Numbered from the stretch's first letter, positions 40,783 to 51,221 are shown. The stretch: DNA of 64,000 nucleotides from a virus (IMGVR_UViG_3300002141_000156:32001-96000); one strand, 5' to 3'. Numbers and translations are program-made. Notes: generated from the letters alone by a model not told the origin.

Positions 40783-40965
40783 TTACTTTACTTTCACAAC
40801 TTTCGCTGTGTCAACTGTCTTTGCAGTGTCTACTGCTGGGCAGCAAGCACTTGAGTCAACCGCAACTTTAGTAGAATCAACGGTCGCTGTTGTTGCAGGC
40901 TCACTGTTGCTTCCACATGAAGCCAAGATAGACATTGCAATGCATAACGCGATCATCTTTTTCAT
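40783..40965 (-). CDS. Small lipoprotein
   Basis: MKKMIALCIAMSILASC lipobox; VDS/VDTAK repeats; own promoter and terminator. Confidence 0.8.
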   Translation of the reverse strand: MKKMIALCIAMSILASCGSNSEPATTATVDSTKVAVDSSACCPAVDTAKTVDTAKVVKVK

Positions 40966-41054
40966 AGTAATATTTGTATTTTTTATTATTTATACATTAA
41001 AATGACAATATAGTTTTAAATTTATTTTTTGGAGTCAATTAATATTAACCTAAT

Positions 41055-41090
41055 AAAAATCGCCAATAGATTTAACTCTATTGGCGAAAA
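41055..41090 (-). terminator. Intrinsic terminator after tmRNA
   Basis: TCGCCAATAGA-loop-TCTATTGGCGA hairpin followed by a T-rich tract on the minus strand. Confidence 0.8.
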
Positions 41091-41092
41091 CG

Positions 41093-41476
41093 TGGTGGAG
41101 TCGGGGGCATACGATAGCCCCGTCCAAATAACAAATCAGTGAAATTCATTCACAGGCTTAGTCTATTTTTATAAATTGACAAAATATGAAGTTCTAATCG
41201 CCAATATTACTTCCAACCGGGCTCCTATTTCTTATTTCAAGAGTCCATTAAGCGGAGACTCACATGCGAATACATTTGTTTTATATAGGTAAGTATAAGA
41301 CCTATCTGGTATTAAGCAGCTACTGCTAAATCAGCACTAACGAAAGACATTGCGTCTTCAAAAGTGAAAGTTGACTTTTCGTCATTTAATTGTTACATAG
41401 GTGATTATCGTGTTTCCAATGCTAACACGGCCTGCACTTCAAAGAACTAAATTACCTGTCAAAACCGAACGACCCC
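41093..41476 (-). ncRNA. ssrA: Transfer-messenger RNA (tmRNA), 384 nt; tag (A)DEKSTFTFEDAMSFVSADLAVAA*
   Basis: 5' GGGGTCG...GGTTTTGAC; 3' GAC-GGGGC-TATCGTAT-GCCCC-CGACTCC-ACCA. Seven-bp acceptor stem with G3:U alanine identity pair and encoded CCA; internal frame 41383-41312 ending LAVAA-stop after TTAAAT. Confidence 0.93.
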
Positions 41477-41543
41477 ATATTTGATAGATCTATATTATCT
41501 ATCTTGAGTATTATATAGAAAAGCTTAAAAAAGTTTTTACTGA

Positions 41544-41552
41544 TATAAATAA
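41544..41552 (+). promoter_or_regulatory. Late promoter TATAAATA(A)
   Basis: Exact T4 late consensus about 20 nt upstream of the wedge gene. Confidence 0.65.
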
Positions 41553-41571
41553 TCTAAAGAAATTATACTAA

Positions 41572-43236
41572 ATGGCTAGTGCAACTGAAAATTTTAAAGT
41601 CTTTACACGACTTAGCATTTATGTTGAGGATATACTCGGACAGTCAATAAATTACTTAACAAGTAAATTTGATCAAAACCGGGTAGTTTTTACGGCAGCC
41701 TCACCGTTTGGGCAATTACTTCTAGTTGTAGAGAATTTAACACAGCTTGTTTTCTACTATATTGAAGATGCAATTACTGAACTCAATATAAACGAGGCAA
41801 CTCGGTTAACCTCAGTATATTCATTAGCCAGCCTTACTGGGCACAATGCAAGCCGTGCAGTCTCAGCAATCGGTGAGATAAAACTTTCTACTAATGCAGA
41901 CGCAGTTGATGCACCATATGATTTTGTAATTGTTCCAAACTTAACTCGATTACGCTGTCTAAATAATGGACTAACCTATATCCTAGATCTTCCACAAGAT
42001 GAGGTTAAATTTTCATTTAGCGGCAAGGACAACGGTACCAAATTACAAATTAGGCAAGGAGTTGTTGAAACTCAAACAGTTACTGCAAAAGGAGTAGCAA
42101 TCGATAGTTTCTCAATCGGTAGTCCGCAAAACTTCTACGTAGATAATTTCTATGTAAATGTTTACGTGAATGGTGAAAAATGGACAAAATATGATTCTAT
42201 GCTAGATATGCCTAGGGGAGATAAGTCATACATGGTTAAAACTGGAATAACTAGCGGAATAGATCTTTATTTTGGAAATGGTAACTATGGAAAGATTCCA
42301 AGCAGCGGTTCAGACATATCAGTAGAATATCTTGTTACTGAGGGAGCAAACGGAAATATTAGAACAAATGACCCAGGTAAAGTTCAATTTGAATTCATTG
42401 ATACTGGTTTTAGTATCTTAGGTGATGAAATCAACTTAAATGATTATATTGATGCTATAACAACACATCCGCCATTCTTTGGTTCAAATCCTGAAGATTC
42501 TAATTTGACTCGACTTATTGCTCCAAGAATGTCGAAAAGCTTTGCTCTAGTTAACGCTGATCACTACGAAGTCTTACTTCGAAAACTTAAACTATTCTCA
42601 GTGATTAATGTGTTCCTAGATGAAATTGATAATCGAGTGCTCAACCTTTTCTTGATTCCAGATATTAGAAAGACTTTTAGTACTGGCCAAGATTACTTTA
42701 ATTCTGATCTTGCTAGATTTATACTGACTGACTATCAAAAGAATGAACTTCTTAGATATATTGAAAAATCTGGATCAAAGCTTATTTCAACAGACATTAA
42801 AATACTTAATCCAGTTCCAAGTAATTATATTATTAATACCTCAATTATTGTATTTGACGATGTTGATACCGATATTATTAAACGGGATATTTTAAATGTT
42901 CTTGGAACTTTCTTTATTCAAAATACTCGTAGAAATCGTGTTCCAAAGAGTGATTTAATTAAAATTATTGAAGGCGTAAATGGAGTAGATTCAGTATCGG
43001 TAAATATTGTTTCACAAAAGAATGAGATTGCAAAAATTGCAAATCCAAAAGCGACAGATATTGGACTGGATGAATTTAATGATATTGTGACACTTGATGT
43101 AGAGCTTCCATTAATTCGAGGAGGATTCTCAGATCGTTTTGGAAATGCATACGCTACTGGACTTTCTGAAGAAGGTCTAGGCTCAGTAAATATTCAAATA
43201 AAATCAATAGTACCTCGACCAAAAACATCATATTAA
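41572..43236 (+). CDS. Baseplate wedge protein (T4 gp6-like)
   Basis: SVYSLASLTGH, IRQG, LYFGNGNYGKIP, VEYLVTEGANGN, G..PED and ALVNADHY motifs. Confidence 0.85.
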   Translation: MASATENFKVFTRLSIYVEDILGQSINYLTSKFDQNRVVFTAASPFGQLLLVVENLTQLVFYYIEDAITELNINEATRLTSVYSLASLTGHNASRAVSAIGEIKLSTNADAVDAPYDFVIVPNLTRLRCLNNGLTYILDLPQDEVKFSFSGKDNGTKLQIRQGVVETQTVTAKGVAIDSFSIGSPQNFYVDNFYVNVYVNGEKWTKYDSMLDMPRGDKSYMVKTGITSGIDLYFGNGNYGKIPSSGSDISVEYLVTEGANGNIRTNDPGKVQFEFIDTGFSILGDEINLNDYIDAITTHPPFFGSNPEDSNLTRLIAPRMSKSFALVNADHYEVLLRKLKLFSVINVFLDEIDNRVLNLFLIPDIRKTFSTGQDYFNSDLARFILTDYQKNELLRYIEKSGSKLISTDIKILNPVPSNYIINTSIIVFDDVDTDIIKRDILNVLGTFFIQNTRRNRVPKSDLIKIIEGVNGVDSVSVNIVSQKNEIAKIANPKATDIGLDEFNDIVTLDVELPLIRGGFSDRFGNAYATGLSEEGLGSVNIQIKSIVPRPKTSY

Positions 43237-43237
43237 A

Positions 43238-43483
43238 ATGGTAAAAAACAGCATATTTAGACCGATTCTTGAAAGACGTGAAAAGAGACTTCACACCGGG
43301 TTCAATTACAAAGGCCAAATACTTAAGCGCTCACTATCATCGCAAATGTTCAATGTGAATGAAACACTAAATTCATATTTGTCAAGTATAGATAGCATCA
43401 TCTATGAATGGGTCGAAGCAGTAAAACAGATTAAAATACACGTAAACCCTGCACTAGACAAGTATGAAAATAAAATAAAGTAA
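43238..43483 (+). CDS. Hypothetical (baseplate-associated) protein
   Basis: Coupled between the gp6-like gene and the terminase genes. Confidence 0.55.
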   Translation: MVKNSIFRPILERREKRLHTGFNYKGQILKRSLSSQMFNVNETLNSYLSSIDSIIYEWVEAVKQIKIHVNPALDKYENKIK

Positions 43484-43487
43484 TTTC

Positions 43488-44219
43488 ATGTCAAATAAAC
43501 AAGGTGGAATAGACAAAGAAAATAGACGACACTTAAAAGACGAGATACAGGCACTATTGGGTTCAATTGGTACTGAAAATCAAAATGATTTAGTTATAGA
43601 TTCTGAGATTTCTAATGAGACTCGTGCTGAGAGCCCATATGACTTTGAGGAAATGAGCAGCCAATTCACGAAAAAAGCTCGTGAAATAACAAATTCGTTA
43701 TTCAAAAATTACGTAGATATTGGAATTTTTGAAGAAAGTGACTATGCAAAACACAAGAAAGAACTCGATACAATTAACATTTCAAACTTATTCTTTCAGC
43801 TGAAGACTATTAAAATCACCATCATTAAAGTGATGGAAGAAATAACTTCAGGTAATACGCATCCCCGATTAATCGAGGTCATGGGACAATTACAAGATAA
43901 AATGGCTGCAGTCACTAAAATGCAGGCAAATTATATCATCTTCTTAGAAGAAACATATCAAAAATTAAACCGCGATAAGCCAGTAAATGATGATGCACAA
44001 ACGGTCGGCTCTAGCCCAGAAGAAGGCCAGTTCTTTATTACTGTAGGAACTAAAAACGTTACAAAAAGCTTACCGATATCTTCCCAAGATCGTCAGAAAG
44101 GAAAAGTATCGGGTAATTTAATTAATCCTAATAATAAATCGGATCTCATGAAAGAACACAATATTGAGCTCGAACAAGAAGACACTGATGATTTCATCGA
44201 TCTTACTGAAATAATTTAA
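43488..44219 (+). CDS. Terminase small subunit (T4 gp16-like)
   Basis: HPRLIEVMGQL resembles the gp16 PR..EV...L motif; directly upstream of terL. Confidence 0.7.
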   Translation: MSNKQGGIDKENRRHLKDEIQALLGSIGTENQNDLVIDSEISNETRAESPYDFEEMSSQFTKKAREITNSLFKNYVDIGIFEESDYAKHKKELDTINISNLFFQLKTIKITIIKVMEEITSGNTHPRLIEVMGQLQDKMAAVTKMQANYIIFLEETYQKLNRDKPVNDDAQTVGSSPEEGQFFITVGTKNVTKSLPISSQDRQKGKVSGNLINPNNKSDLMKEHNIELEQEDTDDFIDLTEII

Positions 44220-44224
44220 GGACA

Positions 44225-46201
44225 ATGAAGGATATAATGTCAAATAGGGGTGCATTCACATCCCGTAAGATTTCCAGAATGAGCGGTGATGATGACGATA
44301 CGAATAGTTCGATATGGACGACCGTTCGCCTTCATAAATTACTAGATGAAATTGATAATGGTCTTGACGTTAAAGGATTACATAATTCTCCATTCAGAGA
44401 TAATGATATTAATCTTAAACGTGCAAATCTACCTTTTGAATATACACCAGGCGAATGGCAAGAACTTTCCAAATGTAAAGAAGATATTATTTACTTCGCA
44501 TATAATTACTGTTTTATTCAAACACCAGATGGGGTCAAACTACTTAAAGATGCCGGCGGATTACGTGATTTCCAGGAACAGATCTTACTTTCGTTCCAAG
44601 GAAACAAATACAATATCTTAATGGCAAGTCGTCAGATTGGTAAATCTGTGACTTCTGCAATCTTTATCCTGTGGTTTACTCTATTCCATGCAGAAAAAAC
44701 TGCACTACTTGTTGCAGATAATTTCACAACTACTCGAGAATTATTAGATAAGTTTAGAATTTCACTAGATAATCTTCCATTCTTTATGAAACCGGGTATT
44801 AAACATGTCAATACCGGTAATATAAAGTTTGATAATGATAGTCGTGTTGTCGGTAGAACAACCACTAAAAAATCAGGTATTGGTTTAACGGTTAATGTGT
44901 TGTATATTGATGAGTTTGCACATATTGACCAGGCAAAATTAGATGAATTCTATCGTACAATATTCCCAACTATTTCGGCTGACTCTAATTCAAAGATTAT
45001 AATTACTTCTACCCCAAACGGTAAAAATAAATTCCATGATATTTGGGTTGATGCGATTGAAAATAGAAGTAATTATGTTGCACTTAGAGTTGACTGGTGG
45101 CAAGTACCTGGTCGTGATGAAAAATGGAAAGAAGACACAATTGCCGATATTGGTTCACTCGATGACTTTAACCAGGAGTACGGCCTTCAGTTTTTCTCAT
45201 CTGATCAATTATTACTTGGGTCAAACGAACTTAAGAAATTAAACAATATTAGAGTAGATTATAAGAATTCTAATTTTGCGTTAGACGAGGATCGTATGTA
45301 TATCAACGATTATCTAAAACTGCATCCGCGATATGCAAAGCGCCAATTATCAGACTTTAAAAATGACTCAGCAAATTATCTATTCAGTATAGATACAGCA
45401 GATGGAGTCGGCGGTGACTATTCAGTTTTAAATATCTACAAAGTAGTTGCGATGCCAGTTTCTGAACTCTTAAAGAAGAAGGATGCTGTTCGAAACGAAT
45501 TAGATGCAATTTCACTAGTTCAGATTGGAATATTTAGAACGAATGAACTTGATGTTACTCAATTTGCAGCAGCAGCTGAATTTATAATATATCGAATATT
45601 TAATCCTAACAAAGTTAGGATAGTCCTGGAGATGAATCACAAAGGTGAGATAGTTCACTCAAGATGTGTAGATAATTCTGAATACTGGACCGGTCAGTTT
45701 GTTCATACCAAACATACTGAAATGGCAGTTGTTCCAAAGATTGGATTACGACTTGGACCAACTAATAAAATAAAATATTGTGAAAGATTTAAACACCTAG
45801 TTACAATTAATAAGATTATTCCAAATGAATACTTAACTTTCATGGAACTGATGTCCTTTGGTAAAACTAAAGGCGGAGCATATCGTGGTCAAAATGGAAA
45901 TGACGATTTAGCTATGACCTGCATAAATATTGCACCATTTTTTGACTCAACACAGTTCTGGGATATAGGAATTGAGACATTTGAAAATTCTTCAGCAGAA
46001 TATCGTAAAGAGCTTGAAGAAAAAATATTTAACGTGTATCGTGAAAATAATAAAAAGAGTTTGTATAATTTTGATGAATTACGTCGATTAAACAGCACTC
46101 AGCATACATCTGGTGACGGACCGAGAGTTCAGCCTAATGTGTTTGATATGGAATCCATGGAACACATGAAAAAAATAAAGGATAGATTTTTTAAAGATTA
46201 A
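44225..46201 (+). CDS. terL: Terminase large subunit (T4 gp17-like)
   Basis: LRDFQ, SRQIGKS (Walker A), YIDEFA (Walker B), ITSTPNG, IDTADG.GGDYS, LEMN and NDDLAM. Confidence 0.96.
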   Translation: MKDIMSNRGAFTSRKISRMSGDDDDTNSSIWTTVRLHKLLDEIDNGLDVKGLHNSPFRDNDINLKRANLPFEYTPGEWQELSKCKEDIIYFAYNYCFIQTPDGVKLLKDAGGLRDFQEQILLSFQGNKYNILMASRQIGKSVTSAIFILWFTLFHAEKTALLVADNFTTTRELLDKFRISLDNLPFFMKPGIKHVNTGNIKFDNDSRVVGRTTTKKSGIGLTVNVLYIDEFAHIDQAKLDEFYRTIFPTISADSNSKIIITSTPNGKNKFHDIWVDAIENRSNYVALRVDWWQVPGRDEKWKEDTIADIGSLDDFNQEYGLQFFSSDQLLLGSNELKKLNNIRVDYKNSNFALDEDRMYINDYLKLHPRYAKRQLSDFKNDSANYLFSIDTADGVGGDYSVLNIYKVVAMPVSELLKKKDAVRNELDAISLVQIGIFRTNELDVTQFAAAAEFIIYRIFNPNKVRIVLEMNHKGEIVHSRCVDNSEYWTGQFVHTKHTEMAVVPKIGLRLGPTNKIKYCERFKHLVTINKIIPNEYLTFMELMSFGKTKGGAYRGQNGNDDLAMTCINIAPFFDSTQFWDIGIETFENSSAEYRKELEEKIFNVYRENNKKSLYNFDELRRLNSTQHTSGDGPRVQPNVFDMESMEHMKKIKDRFFKD

Positions 46202-46242
46202 ATACAATATAGTATTATAGAATAACCTTAATAAGATAAACG

Positions 46243-46551
46243 ATGGCATCCCTTAAATTTAATGGCGACATTACGCTTGAAGAAATTTTTAATCTTCATC
46301 AAATTACTATTTATGATAACGTTGTAGACGCAATAAGCGCGAATTATAAAGACACGTCAATTAATGAAATCAAAATAGTTAGCATTACACTTAATAATAT
46401 TGAGTATAATATTAATTTAAGCCGCTCTAAATATATTAGCGGTCTTGAGAATGCGATAATTTTCTATGAAAAGTCAGAAACATATGAAAAATGTCAGTTG
46501 TGTTTAAATATAATTAACGAGTTAAAAAATAAAGCCGAGGTAATAAAATAA
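46243..46551 (+). CDS. Hypothetical protein with UvrB/C-like C-terminal motif
   Basis: LENAI.FYE..E.YEKC. Confidence 0.55.
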   Translation: MASLKFNGDITLEEIFNLHQITIYDNVVDAISANYKDTSINEIKIVSITLNNIEYNINLSRSKYISGLENAIIFYEKSETYEKCQLCLNIINELKNKAEVIK

Positions 46552-46553
46552 AT

Positions 46554-47180
46554 ATGGGATATGACGAAATTAACAACAAAATTAATTTAAGAATAAAAGA
46601 AATTTCTGAAAAACTATTAACCGATGCAATTACTGAAGTTGAGCGTAATGAGCTTGCTTCTCTAATTTATCCAAAATTAAAGTTTTTCGTTTGGAAGTTC
46701 TGTAAAAATGAATTTGATACAGAAGAAGCATTACAATACAGTCTTAAGCGCATCTTTAAAAATGTTGCACAGTTTAAATTTGAAAAAGGTAGATTTACTA
46801 CATGGATCTACACAATTACTCGAAATGAGACCCTGTATTACTTATATCATAAGAAAAAGCATACTCATCTTGATGTTGATTGTCTCTATCAGAAAATAGA
46901 CAAAGCCGATGATTTTGAAACAACTCACGCATATCATCTTGCTGTTGAAGAGATATATGCAAAAACCTTAGCTGAAATCTACAATATTGATGATGAGATG
47001 ATGAAAAACATCGCAATCGATAAGATGATAAAAAATAAAAAGGTTAAACAAATTGCAATGAATTATCAAATAAATGAAAATACTGTAAAGACCAAACTTC
47101 GTAAAATCAGAGTTGATATTAGAGAAGCAGTAATTAAAGATAATCCTGACCTTGAAGAAAAAATACGAACAATACTATGA
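46554..47180 (+). CDS. ECF-like sigma-70 family RNA polymerase sigma factor
   Basis: Region 2 [11 protein letters not shown]; region 4 HTH KQIA...[14 protein letters not shown]. Confidence 0.88.
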   Translation: MGYDEINNKINLRIKEISEKLLTDAITEVERNELASLIYPKLKFFVWKFCKNEFDTEEALQYSLKRIFKNVAQFKFEKGRFTTWIYTITRNETLYYLYHKKKHTHLDVDCLYQKIDKADDFETTHAYHLAVEEIYAKTLAEIYNIDDEMMKNIAIDKMIKNKKVKQIAMNYQINENTVKTKLRKIRVDIREAVIKDNPDLEEKIRTIL

Positions 47181-47638
47181 TTCTAGACAAAATCCACCCA
47201 GTAAAAATCTTTAAAAGTCTTCAAGGATGCCTTGAAGACTTAGCACGATTTGCAAAGTATAAATTAATAATTGCTGAACTCCAACGGGATGGCAAATTAG
47301 ATGCAATTGGACTTTCCGTTGATGTTGATTCAAATCTATATATTGGTGTAAATCTTAATCCTGAGTTACTGCTTTATTCAGAAACATCCTCTGAATCCGT
47401 TGAGCTTAAAATGATTAGTGATCGAATGAAAAAATATACTGACTTCTTAACTAAGGAGGGAATACTTGATTCTGTTAGAGTTGAATATGATCGAATTAAA
47501 AATGAAGAGTATTATGGATATGTTCTACAAATTACATTCGACTTTAAAAAGTATAAAAGACCAGCATTAGTATATGCTATTTCATACTTTTCAACCATTA
47601 CACTAATTTTAATTGGCCTAGCACTCTGGCTATTTTAA
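47177..47638 (+). CDS. Protein with C-terminal TM anchor
   Basis: Hydrophobic C-terminus; ATGA overlap with the sigma gene. Confidence 0.6.
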   Translation: MILDKIHPVKIFKSLQGCLEDLARFAKYKLIIAELQRDGKLDAIGLSVDVDSNLYIGVNLNPELLLYSETSSESVELKMISDRMKKYTDFLTKEGILDSVRVEYDRIKNEEYYGYVLQITFDFKKYKRPALVYAISYFSTITLILIGLALWLF

Positions 47639-47674
47639 TACCTTCTAGTTAAATAAATAATAAAAAGAAACAAG

Positions 47675-47986
47675 ATGAATAAAACTTTCACCTTTTTAGA
47701 CAAGTGGGCACATCGAATAATGTTACCTCTTGTTATAATTATTTTTTTCAAAACCTGCACAACAAATAGTAGACTTGATAAAACCAACACTGATTTAACA
47801 AATAAGATTGAGTTAATGGATTCAGCGATTATTTCTAAAATTATTATAGCTGCGGACATTCAAAAAATGTTAATAATTGAAGGATTGAAGGCTGAAAAGA
47901 GAATGATTCAGTCAACTGACCGCAAAATACTTGATGTTAATCGACAATCTGAGATTGATAAAGAGCTTCAAAAATTAGAGAAATAA
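47675..47986 (+). CDS. Membrane-anchored coiled-coil protein
   Basis: N-terminal hydrophobic segment ending FFKTC; late motif at 47653. Confidence 0.6.
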   Translation: MNKTFTFLDKWAHRIMLPLVIIIFFKTCTTNSRLDKTNTDLTNKIELMDSAIISKIIIAADIQKMLIIEGLKAEKRMIQSTDRKILDVNRQSEIDKELQKLEK

Positions 47987-48702
47987 TGATAGAGTGGATC
48001 AAATCGAATAAACTTGGAGTTATTCGCGGAATGTTCTTAGTGCCAATTATCCTTGTGATGATTATCTCCATTTCCCATGTTATTAGCTGGTATGATCTTG
48101 CAAACCCAACAAGTTGGGCAATATATCTTTCTATTGCAATTGAAATAGCGGCAATGTCTGCAATTTCTGCAGCATCTGTTCGAATCAGAGGATTCTCAGT
48201 CTGGTTCGTCTTCATTCTAGTAACATTTATACAATTTATAGGAAATATTTACTTCTGTTATTCAGATATTGATGTGACTACCAAGAATTTCAAAGACTGG
48301 TCAGATCTTACAGCACCAGTGTTTGACATGATTGGTGCAGATGTCTCGAATGCAATCGATCAACGTAGATGGTTAGCATTAATTGAAGGTGGATTACTTC
48401 CACTAATTTCACTTACGTGTTTGCATTTTTTTATTAAGTATGATGGAATAGATAATATTGAGCCAGCTAAACCAAAAGAAGTTGAAGAGACTGTATTTGA
48501 AAAAATTGTTGCTCCAGAAAAAGTTGAAGAAGTAAAAGTTGAAGTAGAAAAATCGATTCAGCCTAACACTACAACCCAACCTGTTGAGCCACCAGTTATA
48601 CCGAGTACACCTATTCAAGTTCCTCGTCAAACTCTGGAGCCCAAGCAACGTCAGAAGATGGGCCTTAGCAATAAGATGAAAAAAATACTTGGAAAATTAT
48701 GA
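47986..48702 (+). CDS. Multi-pass membrane protein with Pro/Glu-rich tail
   Basis: Four hydrophobic helices. Confidence 0.65.
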   Translation: MIEWIKSNKLGVIRGMFLVPIILVMIISISHVISWYDLANPTSWAIYLSIAIEIAAMSAISAASVRIRGFSVWFVFILVTFIQFIGNIYFCYSDIDVTTKNFKDWSDLTAPVFDMIGADVSNAIDQRRWLALIEGGLLPLISLTCLHFFIKYDGIDNIEPAKPKEVEETVFEKIVAPEKVEEVKVEVEKSIQPNTTTQPVEPPVIPSTPIQVPRQTLEPKQRQKMGLSNKMKKILGKL

Positions 48703-49238
48703 CACTTGATAAATTAAATGCGGTATGCGACGATTGTGGCGGTTATGAAAACCAGCCAATCTTGCAACTATTTGGCGATAAATGCTTTCGAGTAGTCGAC
48801 GGTAAAGCTACACATGGTGAGTTCTGCATCGGAGATTTTGCTTTTCCAGTGGATGGGTACACATGTATTGGTCTTAATGCTGAAATGAATGGCGGAGAAA
48901 TTACAATCTTTGATAATCAAACTGGAGTACTTTCACCAAGTAGCGAATTAGAAAGCGGTAAATTATATGCTAGAGGAGTAATGATTCGTATTATTTACCC
49001 AACATATGATACAAATGGTGAAACTATTGAATTGGTAAATAAATCAGTCAAAATATCTCTTGAAAATACTGATACCTTAACTGCTACCGAATATCCACTA
49101 CATGATCTTTTTACGATCTTTACTAATCCGAAGTCAAATAAGGCAGAAGACTTAATAAATAAGATAAAGATCATTAATACTAACTTGCTATATAATGTTA
49201 GAGTATCTGCTCTAGTAATATTTGGAAAGTCAATATAA
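48699..49238 (+). CDS. Hypothetical, likely virion protein
   Basis: Beta-rich; coupled in the late operon. Confidence 0.55.
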   Translation: MTLDKLNAVCDDCGGYENQPILQLFGDKCFRVVDGKATHGEFCIGDFAFPVDGYTCIGLNAEMNGGEITIFDNQTGVLSPSSELESGKLYARGVMIRIIYPTYDTNGETIELVNKSVKISLENTDTLTATEYPLHDLFTIFTNPKSNKAEDLINKIKIINTNLLYNVRVSALVIFGKSI

Positions 49239-49253
49239 AAAAATAAAAAGAAC

Positions 49254-49661
49254 ATGATGAATACTGGAGCAGAGTTAATTACCCTGGTAAATCAATTAAA
49301 TTACGAACCTACTTTTATTAGTACAGATAAGCGTGCTCCAGCCGGCGCACCAACCACTATCGGTTATCAACAAATTGGAGAAGTTCAACAATATGGATTC
49401 GCAAAGGGTCCAGTATTTAAAGTAGAATTTGTTGATTTTGGAACAGTTACAACTCCTACTCATGTTAAAATTTGGGGAATTGATAATAAAGATTCAGATG
49501 CACCAATTTATCCAATTTCATATCTTCTTAACTTTCCAACAATTACTGTATATCTAAAGAAATTTGATTTCTGTGATTCAACCGGAGCATCAGTTGCTCC
49601 AGACGCAGCAGACTATACAATTGTTGGTTACAAAAAGAGAGGAATTCCAATTGCTTGGTAA
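49254..49661 (+). CDS. Hypothetical, likely virion protein
   Basis: Small Gly/Pro/Thr beta-type protein. Confidence 0.55.
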   Translation: MMNTGAELITLVNQLNYEPTFISTDKRAPAGAPTTIGYQQIGEVQQYGFAKGPVFKVEFVDFGTVTTPTHVKIWGIDNKDSDAPIYPISYLLNFPTITVYLKKFDFCDSTGASVAPDAADYTIVGYKKRGIPIAW

Positions 49662-50128
49662 TGGATAAACTTAATGAAAATAATATATCACCACTTGTTT
49701 CTCGAGGAGATTTTACTCGAGGTATTCCATTTTATGGAACCAAGGGAGATTTTAACTTCACAGTAGGTCGTAGTAAATTTACGCCAGGTATTTCAATATC
49801 CCAAAAAGCATTTGTTGACCTCTCAATCAAGGGAGACAAAGGATATACTGATTTTGATATTGCTGTTAGTAAATTAAAGCTATTTTATAAACCTGGAGAC
49901 CGGATCAGAGGCGTTGTCGTAAACTCGATGCTTGACCATGAAACTGGAGTATTAGTTGTCGGAAAATTACACAAAATCGTTCCTGACTATACAAACAATT
50001 CAATACAAGTCTACATAAAGAATCCAAAAACTTTAGAAATACAGGAAGTTTATCCTGAAACAATTGAGCGGGTATATGAATCTACCTCTGCTCATGTAAT
50101 GTCATTTTCACAATTCATCAATTCATAA
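49661..50128 (+). CDS. Hypothetical protein with KOW/SH3-like segment
   Basis: YKPGDRIRG...; C-terminal VMSFSQFINS; start moved to ATG 49661 (TAATG coupling). Confidence 0.55.
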   Translation: MDKLNENNISPLVSRGDFTRGIPFYGTKGDFNFTVGRSKFTPGISISQKAFVDLSIKGDKGYTDFDIAVSKLKLFYKPGDRIRGVVVNSMLDHETGVLVVGKLHKIVPDYTNNSIQVYIKNPKTLEIQEVYPETIERVYESTSAHVMSFSQFINS

Positions 50129-50213
50129 TTTTATCATACTTTTAATTAGCAAAAGCGACTGATTTTAGAACCAGTTGCTTTTTTGCATATATAAGATAAA
50201 AAAATATCACATA

Positions 50214-51221
50214 ATGAATAAAGTCAATCCAGAAGAAGCGGAGCGCTTCCTGAATGAACAAGATATTAAGTATGGAGTAAACAATGTCGCACCGACTGAA
50301 GTTAAACAGGAGGAACCAGTAAAGGTGATGAGTTTAGGTAAAGCATCAAGTCATCAAAACATGATTGAAATGTCGGCTGCCGAAGAGTCTCCATGGAAAA
50401 TATTAAATCTTGAAAATCTACCATCTCAAGGATTATTTTATCCAGAAAAGGCAGAGTTACTAATTAGGTCTGCAAAAACCAAAGAGATTCGGCACTGGTC
50501 AACAATTGATGAAACTGATCCAATCGATATTCGTGAAAAAATAAATTTTGTGCTTAATGCCTGCACTAAATTTAAGATCAAAGGCCAGATGATGTCGATG
50601 AACTTCAATGATTTTCTTGAAGTCGATAAATATCATATCCTATTTAGAATATACGAATTAACTTTTCCAAATCAGGAAAATAAGCTTTGGGCATATATTA
50701 AATGCTCAAACGAGCAATGTGGTCATGTAAATCAAACCCAGGTCACAAGTAAAAATCTATTGGGCTTCCATTTTCCAGAAGAAGTAATGAAATGGTACTC
50801 TCCAGAAGAGAAATGCTTTTCTATATCATCTGAAAAACTCGGAGATACGATTCAGCTTCACCTACCGACTCTTGGAATGTCTGCTAAATTTAAACAGAAA
50901 CGACGCGATGAACAGGAGAAAAATATTGCACTAGACGATTCGTTCTATGCGCACGGTCCATACCTACTTCGTGATTGGAGAAAAATCGACCTTTCTATAT
51001 TGAGCGAATTAAAAATGAGTTCACTTGACTGGAATGACACAAAATTTGTAGTTATCCATAAGTTCACCGATTTACTTGAAAAAGCTAGCCTAAATAAAGC
51101 GGCCAGCGTTTGCGAAAAATGTAAAACACAAACGGAGAGCCATATTTTTTTGGGAGGAAGCTTCACTGTCAAAGATATTTTCATTATTTCAACTGGACTT
51201 AATGAACTTATTGGAGCTTAA
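50214..51221 (+). CDS. Baseplate hub / tail assembly chaperone (T4 gp26/gp51-like)
   Basis: LPSQGLFYP, LIRSAKTKE, DKYHILFRI, CxxxxC and CEKC zinc motifs, LPTLG; start ATG 50214. Confidence 0.7.
   Translation: MNKVNPEEAERFLNEQDIKYGVNNVAPTEVKQEEPVKVMSLGKASSHQNMIEMSAAEESPWKILNLENLPSQGLFYPEKAELLIRSAKTKEIRHWSTIDETDPIDIREKINFVLNACTKFKIKGQMMSMNFNDFLEVDKYHILFRIYELTFPNQENKLWAYIKCSNEQCGHVNQTQVTSKNLLGFHFPEEVMKWYSPEEKCFSISSEKLGDTIQLHLPTLGMSAKFKQKRRDEQEKNIALDDSFYAHGPYLLRDWRKIDLSILSELKMSSLDWNDTKFVVIHKFTDLLEKASLNKAASVCEKCKTQTESHIFLGGSFTVKDIFIISTGLNELIGA

Noticed and set aside
41093-41130. Stand-alone tRNA-Ala
   Set aside because: The CCA end pairs with a 5' strand about 380 nt away, with no anticodon arm and an internal tag frame, so it is a tmRNA.
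44225-46201. Intein or intron in terminase
   Set aside because: Continuous ORF of ordinary length with no splice-junction or homing-endonuclease motifs.
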